Shown here: in pieces, positions 26,955 to 39,133 of the stretch
How positions within the stretch are numbered: position 1 is the first letter of the stretch
Layout of the letters: every line of letters begins with the position of its first letter
Assembly: GCA_002633005.1 (NCBI GenBank)
Contig: NMRA01000428.1
Location: forward strand, 297,774-357,372
DNA length: 59,599 nucleotides
Source: Phoronis australis
Lineage: Eukaryota > Animalia > Phoronida
Direction: 5' to 3'
Position numbers and translations under genes: made by a program
The notes under the pieces: model-generated
What the model was told of the DNA's origin: nothing
The model's input: only the letters and a program-made list of their open reading frames with translations
Database searches by the model: none

Positions 26955-27010
26955 GTTGTCACGGCGTGACATTCTACTCAAGCAGTTGTCACGGCGTGAC
27001 ATTTTACTTC
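26955..27010. repeat. Two 30-bp tandem units, each containing the hairpin TGTCACG-G-CGTGACA
   Basis: Directly visible. Confidence 0.75.
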
Positions 27011-27358
27011 GCCGGGAATGGTCTCGAGCGATGATGAACTGTCGACAATCACTTTTCATCAAAGTAAGGAAAAAGTTGAGAGCATTTTTGCAGCAAATTT
27101 GTCTAAATCAAAAGTTTAGTTTCTTCGACGGAACGTGGGCTAATTGAGTAGGCCTAGCTTTACGACCCGGTTATGCAAATTTAATATAACTATGCAAAGC
27201 TAATAGGACAGGCGTGGCTTTATATGGCCTTATCGGATCGAAACATGTTTAACGTAACTAGAAAATTAATCATTTCAGTGAGACCCGGCACAAAACCTTA
27301 ATTGTGTACATGTATGCCATTTTACTGTGCGAGATTTTCTTAACTGTTACTTCTTCAG

Positions 27359-27911
27359 TTCCAGTTGGTTTTTTCCTGAGTTGAAGTCAGGCCAACATTC
27401 TATGATTAGCGACTCTGATGGAAAGAACTACCCTTGGTATGGAAGTCGGACAGAGGTCGCCACTGTCAAAGGTCCCTGCCCGACAGGAATTGTACGCATT
27501 AACATGAACGACAACTTCTACCCACATATAACGTGGGCCGTTCCCGTGGGCAACTCAAAAACGCCACAACTCTCTCACATCCGGCGCGACCAGAGTTTCT
27601 ACACGTGGCTCGTGGCGCACAACGTCACAACCGGAAGCTATTACATTCTTAAAACCATCTTCTGGAGAGTAATTTTGGAGATCGTTGTCGACCCAACGAA
27701 ACCACGGGGTCAAAGGTCAATGCTTGTCGGAAACGGTATCCAGGAGCAACCAAAAATACTACCTCACAACATTGATATACCAAGGAATGCGTTTAACCCA
27801 CCGAACGCGAACAGTGCGCAGACGTTGGTCTGGTATCCAACAATCGGTCCTACAGTTGTAATTGTACCGCCAAAGATAATACCAGCCCAGAACATGGATT
27901 CAGAAGAGTAA
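27359..27911 (+). CDS. FAM78: FAM78 exon 3 (terminal); spliced CDS 849 nt, 282 aa
   Basis: ISDSDGKNYPWYG, MNDNFYPHITWAVP, RDQSFYTWLVA and PNANSAQTLVW motifs; acceptor ttcttcag|T; phases are consistent across all three exons. Confidence 0.93.
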
Positions 27912-30066
27912 GGTTGATTTTAAATCATTTTGTAGGTCTTCACCTTTATGATGCTACAAGATCACAAAAGATATTCAACTATAGATGGATAGGTCTATAG
28001 GCAAAGTGCGCTGCAACAGCACAATGCATGTCTGCATATGTGCTTTTTAAGAAGCTATTTATTTTTCAACCAGTTTAAGCATCAAAAATAAATCAATAGG
28101 TTTATAGTTCTGGGTCAGTTAGGTGTAAATGGAACGCGAATCTTACGCCCGGCGTTATATTTTCGTGTTACTAGAAACTCAGCCCGTTTCACTGCACATA
28201 CATATAGTATATTGATGGGTTCGTCAAGTGTGTGAATTAGAAACATATTTCCGTTAACAAACCCAATAAAGCTCCGACTAGAACACGGGATTACAACCAC
28301 ATTTATTGAGCGGTTCGCACAAACAAAGAACTGAAAATTTTAATAAATAACTTGATTTCGATATCAAGTACAAAGGTGTTCAATTTTGAGTTAAATTCAA
28401 CCCTCGAGGTGTTACAGCAATACACGGTGTGCCTTCTACAGACGCGAGGACCTCGCGGAAACGCAAGACTTCGCGACATATCCCTTTCTATACAAGCGAA
28501 GCACAGGGTCACATTAGCTTTCTTCCCGAGATTCCGCGGCTTGCAATTCAGTCCCGGTGACAGACATGAGCCGAGAACGGTGCTAATGAGTGCAGCTCAG
28601 ATGCTAATAAGTACGTGGGCTCGTTGTTAGGATAGCTTGGGATTCGAAGTTGAGCCCATAATCCGGAACTTTGGCGCGCGTGCCCATAAGCGAGCCATTC
28701 GAGTATTAAAAGTGGCATTCCGGACTTAGTAGGCGGACCCCATCCCCTAAATCTCGATCTTGAATTTGCAGTTAAGATTCTTGCCAAAGGTATCTAGATT
28801 CTCACACTACGCCTTCGCGTATTGGTGTACATTGAACAACTAATGCCGGTACAGATGTAGAAACCATAGGCTCTCTATCAGCCACCCGAAGGTATCCAAG
28901 AGCGATGTATGGTCACACAACAGGCGGTTCTGGAACAACACAGATCCCGGCGGCCACGTGGGGGGTTCACACGAGACACTTCATCTGCGGTTTTTACCCA
29001 CTATGACGCACAAACTAACCTACTGCTTACGGGGCTTAAGTTTCCAAAACACCTGTATTTTAGCCACAGTCTGTTTTAAACGTTGGGGTAACAAAACCCC
29101 ACGTTAGCGTAGGATTTGTCTCATGCGAAAATGGTGAGGACCAAACTAGTTAACAGAAAGGCGCCAGAAGCAAAAACCGTGGAATTTTGCCTCCTTGAAT
29201 ACAAAAGATTGATTGGAAGGCCCAAACAATTTTGGCTGGACGGATAAATCGCTAGATTAGTCACAACCGGCCAAATTTAAAAGAAATGTTTCAACTGAAC
29301 GTTGTAAACATGCTGTGAACTTACAGTTGTAGGCCTACATTAGAAATCAATATACCATACTGAATAAGGATACTTTAAATTTCGCCAAGTATTTGTTAGC
29401 AGCTGGTAGCAGACTGACGAGGTATGTACATGTGCGTACTGTAAGTTTTTGTGATGTATTGTACATGTATACGAGCCTGACGCATTTTGTATAATAATGA
29501 CGAAATAAAAATCTTATTAATGATTCCAGGTCTCTGGTTTAACGTGAAGCATTTTAAGCTACTGGACAGAAGAAAGCATAAGTAATGCGAGATACACGGG
29601 GAACCAAGACGGCGACATTGTCCAAGGGTGGAAATTTAATTGGTGACGTGGTCTGCTGAAGAAAAGATGTGATATGTTATGCCACTGTTACCGAACTTCC
29701 GAGTTCAGTAAAATGTCTAAATACACGAGATAATGTACATGAAGAATGCCTAAGTTGGGGAAAAATGAATAGGCTGAACTTTTCAGAAACGTGTTTACTC
29801 AAAAATGANNNNNNNNNNNNNNNNNNNNNNNNNNNNNNNNNNNNNNNNNNNNNNNNNNNNNNNNNNNNNNNNNNNNNNNNNNNNNNNNNNNNNNNNNNNN
29901 NNNNNNNNNNNNNNNNNNNNNNNNNNNNNNNNNNNNNNNNNNNNNNNNNNNNNNNNNNNNNNNNNNNNNNNNNNNNNNNNNNNNNNNNNNNNNNNNNNNN
30001 NNNNNNNNNNNNNNNNNNNNNNNNNNNNNNNNNNNNNNNNNNNNNNNNNNNNNNNNNNNNNNNNNN

Positions 30067-30226
30067 GTGACTGATTAAAGGAGGGGGGGGGGGGCAAAGC
30101 GGCCATGCCCCTAAAAATTCTCCTAGATTCCATTTGACAGTTTGGGGGTTCGAATATCTGGCGGGCATAATCCTGGCTAATACTATGCCCTGCACACTCT
30201 AACTCAAAATCCTGGATCCGCCCCTG
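30067..30226 (-). mobile_element. MITE with GGGGCGGATCCAGG-type terminus, partial next to gap
   Basis: Ends aaaatcctggatccgcccctg; related sequence at 20480-20545, 51172-51440 and 53909-54360. Confidence 0.6.
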
Positions 30227-31485
30227 CAGTTCACTGTGAGCCCTGTTTCTCATACAGCTGTCCAATTTGGCCTGTGTAACCAACACACTTTACCAAAGGC
30301 TTTATGGTCCTGGCAGAGAAGATAATATTTTTGTAATGAGAATGAGAATGAGAAATATTTATTGTACCTAGACCTTGGCCTCATAATACAGTTTACCTTG
30401 CAACTTTACAGGGAAAAAATTTCAGCTCTTGGCCCTGTTGCTCTTGAAATAATGTCAAGCTTAAAAGTTCACAACGATCAAGGCTTTGAAATATCAAGTT
30501 TTACTAACCCCTAATGATTTTGAATAACGCAGCACGGAATGCCATGATACAGAGAACGAAACTCAAATTACAGTCATTTACAAAGTAAACTTAAACAAAA
30601 CTGTTAGACTGCCAAACTAGTACAAGCTTCACGCCACAATTATTTTGCTGTTTATTTAAAATTTTGCAGCAATAAAACACCACATCTTTGCTAAAGTCAG
30701 TGTTCAATGACACATTTATTTAATGAGCCTAGCCAAGAACAGTTTATTAGAAAATTGACTTGCAATCTAAACTATTGCAACTTGGACAAAGCATGTGACA
30801 CAACACCCGTTGAGAATTTGCAGATTCATGCAGATTCGAAAAGGGTTAGTTGAGGTTTTGTATGTTGGACCTTAGACAAATTTCGACGTCATCCAGTATA
30901 TTTTGAAAATTCAAAACACACATGAAGGCCAATAAACATGAAGCCTTCACTGTGCAAAACTTAAAAATTGATATATTTCACAAACTGTCCAAAAGAACTA
31001 ATAAGTTTTAACTTTTACTTCCGAAAAGGAATTCCGATAAAATATCACTAATGACAAACGTAATTGCCAAAATCGCTCTATTCTCATGTTCCAATGACTC
31101 AGTCTCAGATATTGTCTGCTGATGGCTACGGTACAGTAGTTGAACATTGAAGAGTATTATGAAAGAAATCTGTTACAAAAAATTTGAAAAAATGACTTGT
31201 CCGCCATATTATGTCCAAACTTTACCCTATTTCCTTCCACAACTACAAACAATGCAAAGTTCACCATTGAAACACACATACACATGTTCCCAGTAATAAA
31301 AATACATATTCGCTGAGACAATTAACAAGTTCATTTCAGGCAGCCTTTGCTTTAGTGTTGTAGTTTGAACAGTCCCCACTATTGCTAGGGTACACTGCAG
31401 ATGTACAGGAATACACTGGTCATCCATTTCTGTCGACAACTAAAACATCACAAGACATGTAGCAGGTGCCAACATTCTCATTAGT

Positions 31486-31519
31486 TTAAGACCTGTAGTT
31501 GGTGAATGAAGGGCTTTGT
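31486..31519 (-). CDS. NUP214: NUP214 terminal coding exon (G)QSPSFTNYRS*
   Basis: Acceptor tttaatttcag; phase-2 join to the previous exon; C-terminus resembles the NUP214 ...WRS end. Confidence 0.7.
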
Positions 31520-31615
31520 CTGAAATTAAAGATATACATGACAGACACGGCATATTAAACAAAAAAATATTCTCAAACAATGACAAACACTATTCCACAA
31601 AACACAACACATTGA

Positions 31616-32803
31616 GGGCTGTTTCAGAAAAAAAATGTATAGGAGGGGGAAGGCACTTTCATTTTTTACCCACCGCCCACATTTTTCTTTTATTTCTCCA
31701 ACCCACGACCCATAATTTTTAATTAGGTTGAAATATAAAATAGGGTTTTTGAGATAATCCACCTGTCTTGTCAAAAACTAAAATGGCCAACAGGGGGTGC
31801 TATGGTAGCCAAATCTGTCCGAAAATTGACTGGTGGCAAATTTCATCATGACCCGTTACATGGTTTCAAGATAATTGACGGACAAGCAATGATTAGAGCA
31901 GTCAAAACTAACAGGGTTCCACAGTAGTAGAATCTATTAAAAAATTGACTGATGCTGGCACACGCTTTCCATATACCTCTGTTTCGAATTTCATCGTGAT
32001 CCATCAAGCAGTTTTGAGATAATGGACACACACAGAATGGCTTGTTCAAAACTAAAGCAGCCAGCATGGGGTACCACGGTAGCCAAATACCTCCGAAAAC
32101 CGACTGGTGCTAGCGCATTCCTGCCAAGTACCGGTACACCAAATTTCATCACGATCCGCCAAGCGGTTCTTGAGATAATTGATAGACAAGAAATGACAAT
32201 GACAGACGGACTGACCACAAAATTTTTGTGTGTACAGAAAAATTCCATGTGAGATCACAACTCATGGCCGTTACCACAAACTTGCTTTTCAAAGACACCT
32301 GTGAGCAATACTTTAGGCAGCCAACAGGTGCCTCTGTCCATCATGTGTCTGTAATTACAATAACATTTTTTCAATTTCATGGATCTACGAATCTCAAACT
32401 GTCTCCACGAACGCTTATAAGCTGCTACGCCAAGTGAATATTGGCTTTTGTCAATCTCACTCCTCATACTTTTCATTTAAAAAATCATTAATTTTCTCAG
32501 ATGTGTTAACACTCTAGTTTAGTGTTGCTGTATTTTCATTCTAAGGTGACTGCAGTACCAAACGTTGCCCATGACTAGAGTAATGGCAGTGTACTTATTG
32601 CACTCAGTACATTAGCAACCTGGGCTTGTTTTGATGTTTGTTGTATATTTTTGGGTATCTGCTGAGTGAATTTTTGGTGAGTTTTAATTTCTTTAGAGAG
32701 GGTATTGAGCTCAGAGTCTAAATTTTCTTCAAAAGACAATCACCCATAAATTATTATTTCAACTGCCTTCCCCCCTCCCATAGGGATTTTAATGGAACAG
32801 TCC
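31616..32803. mobile_element. Non-autonomous PIF/Harbinger-like element in the last NUP214 intron, with a nested internally repetitive element (about 31790-32240)
   Basis: Imperfect TIRs gggctgtttca...ggagggggaaggca and tgccttccccccctcc...tggaacagtcc; 3-bp TSD TGA on both sides. Confidence 0.6.
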
Positions 32804-33978
32804 TGATTCTTTTCTTCAACAATCTTGTGATAATTTTGCGAATGTACGGATCTGACCTGTGCAGAAAATGAAGCCCACTCTGCTTCAACATCAATGTCTA
32901 CTCTCTACAGGGAGACAAATGCGACATCTTGCGGCAGTTTTGGACAAATACCAACAGAACAGGTTAACAGCCTAAATATCAAGTCAGCCTGTTGTTAAAG
33001 CAACAAAGAGGTCATTCTTACGGACACGTTTTTCCAGAACTAAAATACTAAAGATGAAGCTTTGAACAGAAGCCAGCACATTAATTCCAGATTCTGAGAC
33101 GCTTTAGACACGTACTCATTTGAACCACAGAAATTTATAACAGTTCAGAGGTACAATGACTAATAAGGGAAAAACTTAAATAACACTCCCATCAAACAGT
33201 GAAAAATTGCCTTTGCCTAGTGCCCATTCCAAAGTCATGAATTGAGATGTCCGCAACATACTGGAGACCTAAGGTTGAACAGGGACTCGCATATGTTCCC
33301 AAAATTTTCAGCACAATTGCATATAGCACTATGTTTAGTCACTTATTTAACTGTTATGTTTCTATCACTTTATCTTCATTGAGAGCACTTTCTGTACTAA
33401 TGACAGATACATTCTGAAAACTGTGCTTTTATCTGATAAAAATAAACAGAGAATTAGTCCTAAAAAGGGCAGGTGATGCATGAAAATATCCTTATTCATT
33501 TTCAAAATAATATTAAAAATTCAACTGAATGTTTTCATCTGGTACATGTATGTAAAAGGGCTAAAGTTGATGTGAAAAGGAAGACAAAACAGTAGAAGAA
33601 ATGACAATCAGTGCACAAAGTCTGCAAATGCACTGGAAATTTAGGGAATAGTTGAGGCTATATTGGGACTGTATCATGCGAACTGGCCACTAGGTTAAAG
33701 GTCGTAAGTTCAAACAGTTGTAACTTTGATATTAATACCGGCAAAATTCAATAATGGGGCTTGTGAAGGCAATGTTCTGCCTCAATATTGATCAATTTCA
33801 CAACAGTTGCAACTTTTTACCTATTCTGAAAAAAAGCAGTGTAAGTTCTGTAAACAACGTGCCTATAACCAAAATGGGCGGCGGCGGTGATTATCACATT
33901 TAGTGCATTTGAACGACCACACCCTGGACTCCAACAATATAGACCATGATAAAAACCTTAAAGTAAGCAACATTTTAC

Positions 33979-34116
33979 CCAATTTGTCCAAAGTTCGAGC
34001 CGCCTCCTCCAAGATTACCAAAAGAGGGCGTATCACCACCTTGAGCCATGCTACCGAATGTGGGCGATGCCTGGGCCAGTGCACCAAATGAGGGAGCTTG
34101 AGAACTGTTGCCAAAG
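33979..34116 (-). CDS. NUP214: NUP214 FG-repeat exon
   Basis: FGNSSQAPSFGALAQASPTFGSMAQGGDTPSFGNLGGGGSNFGQI; 138 nt, phase 2-2, AG/GT bounded. Confidence 0.85.
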
Positions 34117-35323
34117 CTGAAATGGAACATCACTTGACGTGTAATATCATGGAAATACACTAGACATCTTTTATTGGCAGGTACACATGCCATGGAAATA
34201 TACTGGACTTTGTTTAATGGCAGGTGCAGTACCAACTAGATAAATGACCGAGAATTCACTGTCACGGCGACTGGGTGGAAATCGAATTCATCGCCACGGT
34301 AGTCTTCACTCTTTACTGAGAATGAATTGGTAATGTGGCCAAGTCATAATATAGTCATTTTTTGATGTTAACAGAGTTAGTCGTCATGGCAGAGAGAGTT
34401 ATTTTATCTGATTACTTTTGAAATGTAGATCAAAGCTCAAAGTTTGAACTTAAAAAATCATTCAATTTCAAAGAATCGTTTTTTATTTCACAACAGACAA
34501 ATATGATTGTATAATACTACTAGACAAACATGACTCATGGATTGCTCACTTAACTACATAGCACATTCTTTTTTAGGGACACCATGTTTGGTACTTGAAA
34601 AAACTTACAGGACAGAGTTCCTTTTACAACGGTTACCACTCAATCTTTCTATTCAATCAACGGAGAGAAAACTGCCAGTGTCCCTTAATCTTGATTAAAA
34701 ACACATAAGAGATGCTCTAAGTATATATAAGCTCACATCATCTAGAACATAAGTCTTGTTTACAAATTAAACACGATAACACTAAATAATAACAAGACAA
34801 AGTGTAATGAAGCTTGTTAAAGGGGACTTGAAAGCTCGCGATAACTAGATAGCTGCAACACCACAGTCACGGGTGACAAACACTCAGATGAACCAGCACT
34901 ATATCAACACAACATACCATCAATAATCAGACGAAACAACCAGCAATTCCCGTCATGACGACTGAGAGAAAGATTAATTCTCGTCATGACAGGTGTCAGT
35001 GCTAGCGTAATTCACCATCAGACAAGATAGAATGGACCGTCATGATTGTGAAATGATATGTTGTCGCCTTGCTTTTGACTGGCACTGAGTGCATGCACTG
35101 TGTGCAGGTATGACAAAACCACCATGAGTGCTTTTTAACATGTACATGTAATTTGTCAAGTCATTCTCTTTATGACCTCGCAAGCAACATCATTAGCAGA
35201 GTAAATTTTTGGATACGTTGGTTAACTTGGTAAAATGGGAAGGCCTAGAAATGAGAAAATGCATGATGGTGCACCCTCTACACAGAATTTAGTTTCTTTC
35301 AAATAGTTCATAGTTTTACATAC

Positions 35324-35495
35324 CCTGAGGAATCACCATTTGAGCCAAACACAGCACTGCCCGATGGAAAACCACCTCCAAACGTTGACGTTCCTCCAAA
35401 TGGCGATGTCGCTCCAAAGGTAGGCGCACCACCAAATGTGCCGCCTGGACTGCCAAACTGTGGACCACTGCCAAAGGATGGCGCTCCACCAAAGC
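35324..35495 (-). CDS. NUP214: NUP214 FG-repeat exon
   Basis: FGGAPSFGSGPQFGSPGGTFGGAPTFG...AVFGSNGDSS; 172 nt, phase 1-2, canonical splice sites. Confidence 0.85.
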
Positions 35496-35699
35496 CTGAA
35501 AAATTATGAAAAATTAATAGGTTCCCATTACAGCACATAAAATCAAGTTAACTTGAAAGTTGTTGACTGGACAGCTAAGAGACCATGACGCAGAGCTGCT
35601 GTGCATATACTTTTCATGGTTCTTAAAACAACAGACAAAAATTCCAAAATTTCCAATGTCAGAAAATTCTTTTACAATGAAACAAAACAATGCAGTCAC

Positions 35700-35837
35700 C
35701 TGTTCCACTACTGGATGCGCCAAATCCTCCGAAGCCTTGTGACATCACGGTAGCACCACCTGCAGTAAATGCTGATGACCCCGAGGAGGGGCTTGAGAGC
35801 GACTGACCAAATGTTCCCTGGGTGGGACCAAATAAGT
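35700..35837 (-). CDS. NUP214: NUP214 FG-repeat exon
   Basis: LFGPTQGTFGQSLSSPSSGSSAFTAGGATVMSQGFGGFGASSSGT; GGATVMSQGFG resembles vertebrate GGGSVASQGFG; 138 nt, phase 1-1. Confidence 0.8.
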
Positions 35838-36605
35838 CTGGAAGTAGTGATGAATAGTTTAATACTTAGGACTGCATACTAATAATTAAGTTCAGGATGG
35901 GTGCATATTAATAGAATTGAAAATTAACAAAGACAGAAAAAGTTCCTGTCTCCTTGTTTGTCCTTGGCAAAGTTGACTGCATCAAATATGCTAAGTTTAA
36001 TTCTAAGCTTCTCATTGTTATTGCCACACAGTAATCCCCAAGCAAGGCATATTTCCACACAGTTAGCTCCAGGCATGACCTATTTACTGCTTTTCTAGTA
36101 CTCCAAATATGTGCCCAGGCGCACATTCGGAAATGTTAAATGTGCCAGCAACACGAAAGGGAATGAGGACCGACAAGTGAAGTTAAGAGAGTTGATGGTA
36201 CTCGTGGTACAAAAAGTATAGTGAAGCGCCATCTATTGCATTCCAACATATTGATTAAGCTACCTAATTTGTATGTTTTTTGGCTGTAATGGAAGACTCT
36301 CCACTATTAAATTAGTTGTGTTAATATCTGAATAGCTGTTGTTACTATCATGGCATACTACTGTTAGCTAAGTTTATTTGGTGGAGTAGTTGTCGTTACT
36401 ATGGCCTACTACAGTTAGTTTTGTTTTGAATTAACATTTAACACTTAATGACACTGTTAATTTTGGGAAAACCTACAAACGATCCAAATTTTTAATTGCG
36501 GCTCTGAGAGCAGACCCATTAACACAGATTCGTAAATTTTACAAACAAGGCAAAATGTGCCTTTATTTGGCACAAGGGGACCTGTTCACCTAAATTCCGA
36601 CAAGT

Positions 36606-37326
36606 GGTGTACAGGCCGTCACTGTGATAACAGAATACAATAGTTAGTGTATACAGGCCATCACTGTGAAGACAGAATACAATAGTTAGTGTATACAGGC
36701 TGTCACTGTGATAACAGAATACAACAGTCAGTGTATACAGGCTGTCACTGAAGACAGAATACAACAGTCAGTGTATACAGGCTGTCACTGAAGACAGAAT
36801 ACAACAGTCAGTGTATACAGGCTGTCACTGTGAAGACAGAATACAATAGTTAGTGTATACAGGCCATCACTGTGAAAACAGAATACAATAGTTAGTGTAT
36901 ACAGGCCATCACTGTGAAGACAGAATACAATAGTTAGTGTATACAGGCTGTCACTGTGATAACAGAATACAACAGTCAGTGTATACAGGCTGTCACTGAA
37001 GACAGAATACAACAGTCAGTGTATACAGGCTGTCACTGAAGACAGAATACAACAGTCAGTGTATACAGGCTGTCACTGTGAAGACAGAATACAATAGTTA
37101 GTGTATACAGGCCATCACTGTGAAAACAGAATACAATAGTTAGTGTATACAGGCCATCACTGTGAAGACAGAATACAATAGTTAGTGTATACAGGCTGTC
37201 ACTGTGATAACAGAATACAACAGTCAGTGTATACAGGCTGTCACTGAAGACAGAATACAACAGTCAGTGTATACAGGCTGTCACTGAAGACAGAATACAA
37301 CAGTCAGTGTATACAGGCTGTCACTG
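36606..37326. repeat. Minisatellite of 42/40-bp monomers with a 248-bp higher-order unit, running into a gap
   Basis: Monomer gtgtatacaggc(tg/ca)tcactg(tg)aagacagaatacaa(t/c)agt(t/c)a; identical ORF starts spaced 248 bp apart (36764, 37012, 37260). Confidence 0.95.
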
Positions 37327-38702
37327 NNNNNNNNNNNNNNNNNNNNNNNNNNNNNNNNNNNNNNNNNNNNNNNNNNNNNNNNNNNNNNNNNNNNNNNNNN
37401 NNNNNNNNNNNNNNNNNNNNNNNNNNNNNNNNNNNNNNNNNNNNNNNNNNNNNNNNNNNNNNNNNNNNNNNNNNNNNNNNNNNNNNNNNNNNNNNNNNNN
37501 NNNNNNNNNNNNNNNNNNNNNNNNNNNNNNNNNNNNNNNNNNNNNNNNNNNNNNNNNNNNNNNNNNNNNNNNNNNNNNNNNNNNNNNNNNNNNNNNNNNN
37601 NNNNNNNNNNNNNNNNNNNNNNNNNNNNNNNNNNNNNNNNNNNNNNNNNNNNNNNNNNNNNNNNNNNNNNNNNNNNNNNNNNNNNNNNNNNNNNNNNNNN
37701 NNNNNNNNNNNNNNNNNNNNNNNNNNNNNNNNNNNNNNNNNNNNNNNNNNNNNNNNNNNNNNNNNNNNNNNNNNNNNNNNNNNNNNNNNNNNNNNNNNNN
37801 NNNNNNNNNNNNNNNNNNNNNNNNNNNNNNNNNNNNNNNNNNNNNNNNNNNNNNNNNNNNNNNNNNNNNNNNNNNNNNNNNNNNNNNNNNNNNNNNNNNN
37901 NNNNNNNNNNNNNNNNNNNNNNNNNNNNNNNNNNNNNNNNNNNNNNNNNNNNNNNNNNNNNNNNNNNNNNNNNNNNNNNNNNNNNNNNNNNNNNNNNNNN
38001 NNNNNNNNNNNNNNNNNNNNNNNNNNNNNNNNNNNNNNNNNNNNNNNNNNNNNNNNNNNNNNNNNNNNNNNNNNNNNNNNNNNNNNNNNNNNNNNNNNNN
38101 NNNNNNNNNNNNNNNNNNNNNNNNNNNNNNNNNNCAATATGTCAACATGGTCGAATGTTGAATCTAAGTAAGAACTTTTGAAAAGTGCTACGTGCTCCAG
38201 CCACGTGACATTGATCCCACGTGGCACGGCAGGGCGGAGAATGTCCGTCATCATAGAACTGTTCGCCTGTTTAGTATGACTTTATTATGACGTTTTGGAC
38301 CCGTTGAAATGCCAAAATTAAAAATCTAATAATATTTTGGCCGGATTGTCGTTCATGTGGCGCTGTAAATTTCTAAGCACTTCGAAAATTATTACCTGGG
38401 CATGGACCCGCTCAATTAATCCTCAACTCCCCGGCTGCGTGCATTGGGTGCAACTGTCGTTGGAGGACGCCAATTTATCTAAACACATAATTTTGTAAAC
38501 ACGCTAAATTGTTCCCGTGTTCACCTGAATACAGGGTCTGCTAATTTAGGAAAACTGGTGTAACTGTAGATTTTTATTGCATTTCCTAGTTTTCGGTCCA
38601 AAATTGCCTCATCATCATCACTAAACATCCGAGTAGACTTTCCTGAAACATACATGTATCTACCTGTGCTTAACTGTTAGTGTGTGTGTTAATCTGGTTT
38701 TA

Positions 38703-38760
38703 AAAAGCCGAGGAGTATTTTCGAACCTCACAAAGCCGAGGAGGATTTTCGAACCTCACG
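38703..38760. repeat. Tandem duplication, two copies of about 28 bp
   Basis: aaagccgaggag(t)attttcgaacctcac occurs twice. Confidence 0.8.
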
Positions 38761-38819
38761 GAAGACTTTTTTTAGCCCGCCTTCAAGGGATTGTTATGTG
38801 ATTTGTTATTTTTTTGCAG

Positions 38820-39133
38820 AGAGAAATGAACTCGATAGCCAGCTTCACAATAGAGACATCAGTGGCCTTGTTTCACAACCAAATTCACGGCGTAAGTGCG
38901 AAATGTCCGAGATTCACCGACGAAGCTCAAGCCTACAAAGGCACGGTGCTCGTCTTGCGGGTCAGGAAAGGATTTCTCTATCTAGAGGCACGTGTGTTCA
39001 GTGCTCTTCAACATTGCCACCAAGATTTAACCCCGACGGTGTCCTCTTGGCCCGGCATCTGACAAGACTTGAGCCAGCGGAAGATGAAAAGCCGAAAGAC
39101 CGTCGACGTTCTCATACACCCCATAGAAAATAA
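38820..39133 (+). CDS. Possible terminal exon of an unidentified gene
   Basis: Acceptor tttttttgcag, GC-richer open frame ending TAA; no recognisable motif. Confidence 0.35.

Noticed and set aside
36519-37260. Repetitive ORFs and CRISPR-like appearance of the array
   Set aside because: Contiguous monomers with no unique spacers, no cas genes, eukaryotic intron context.
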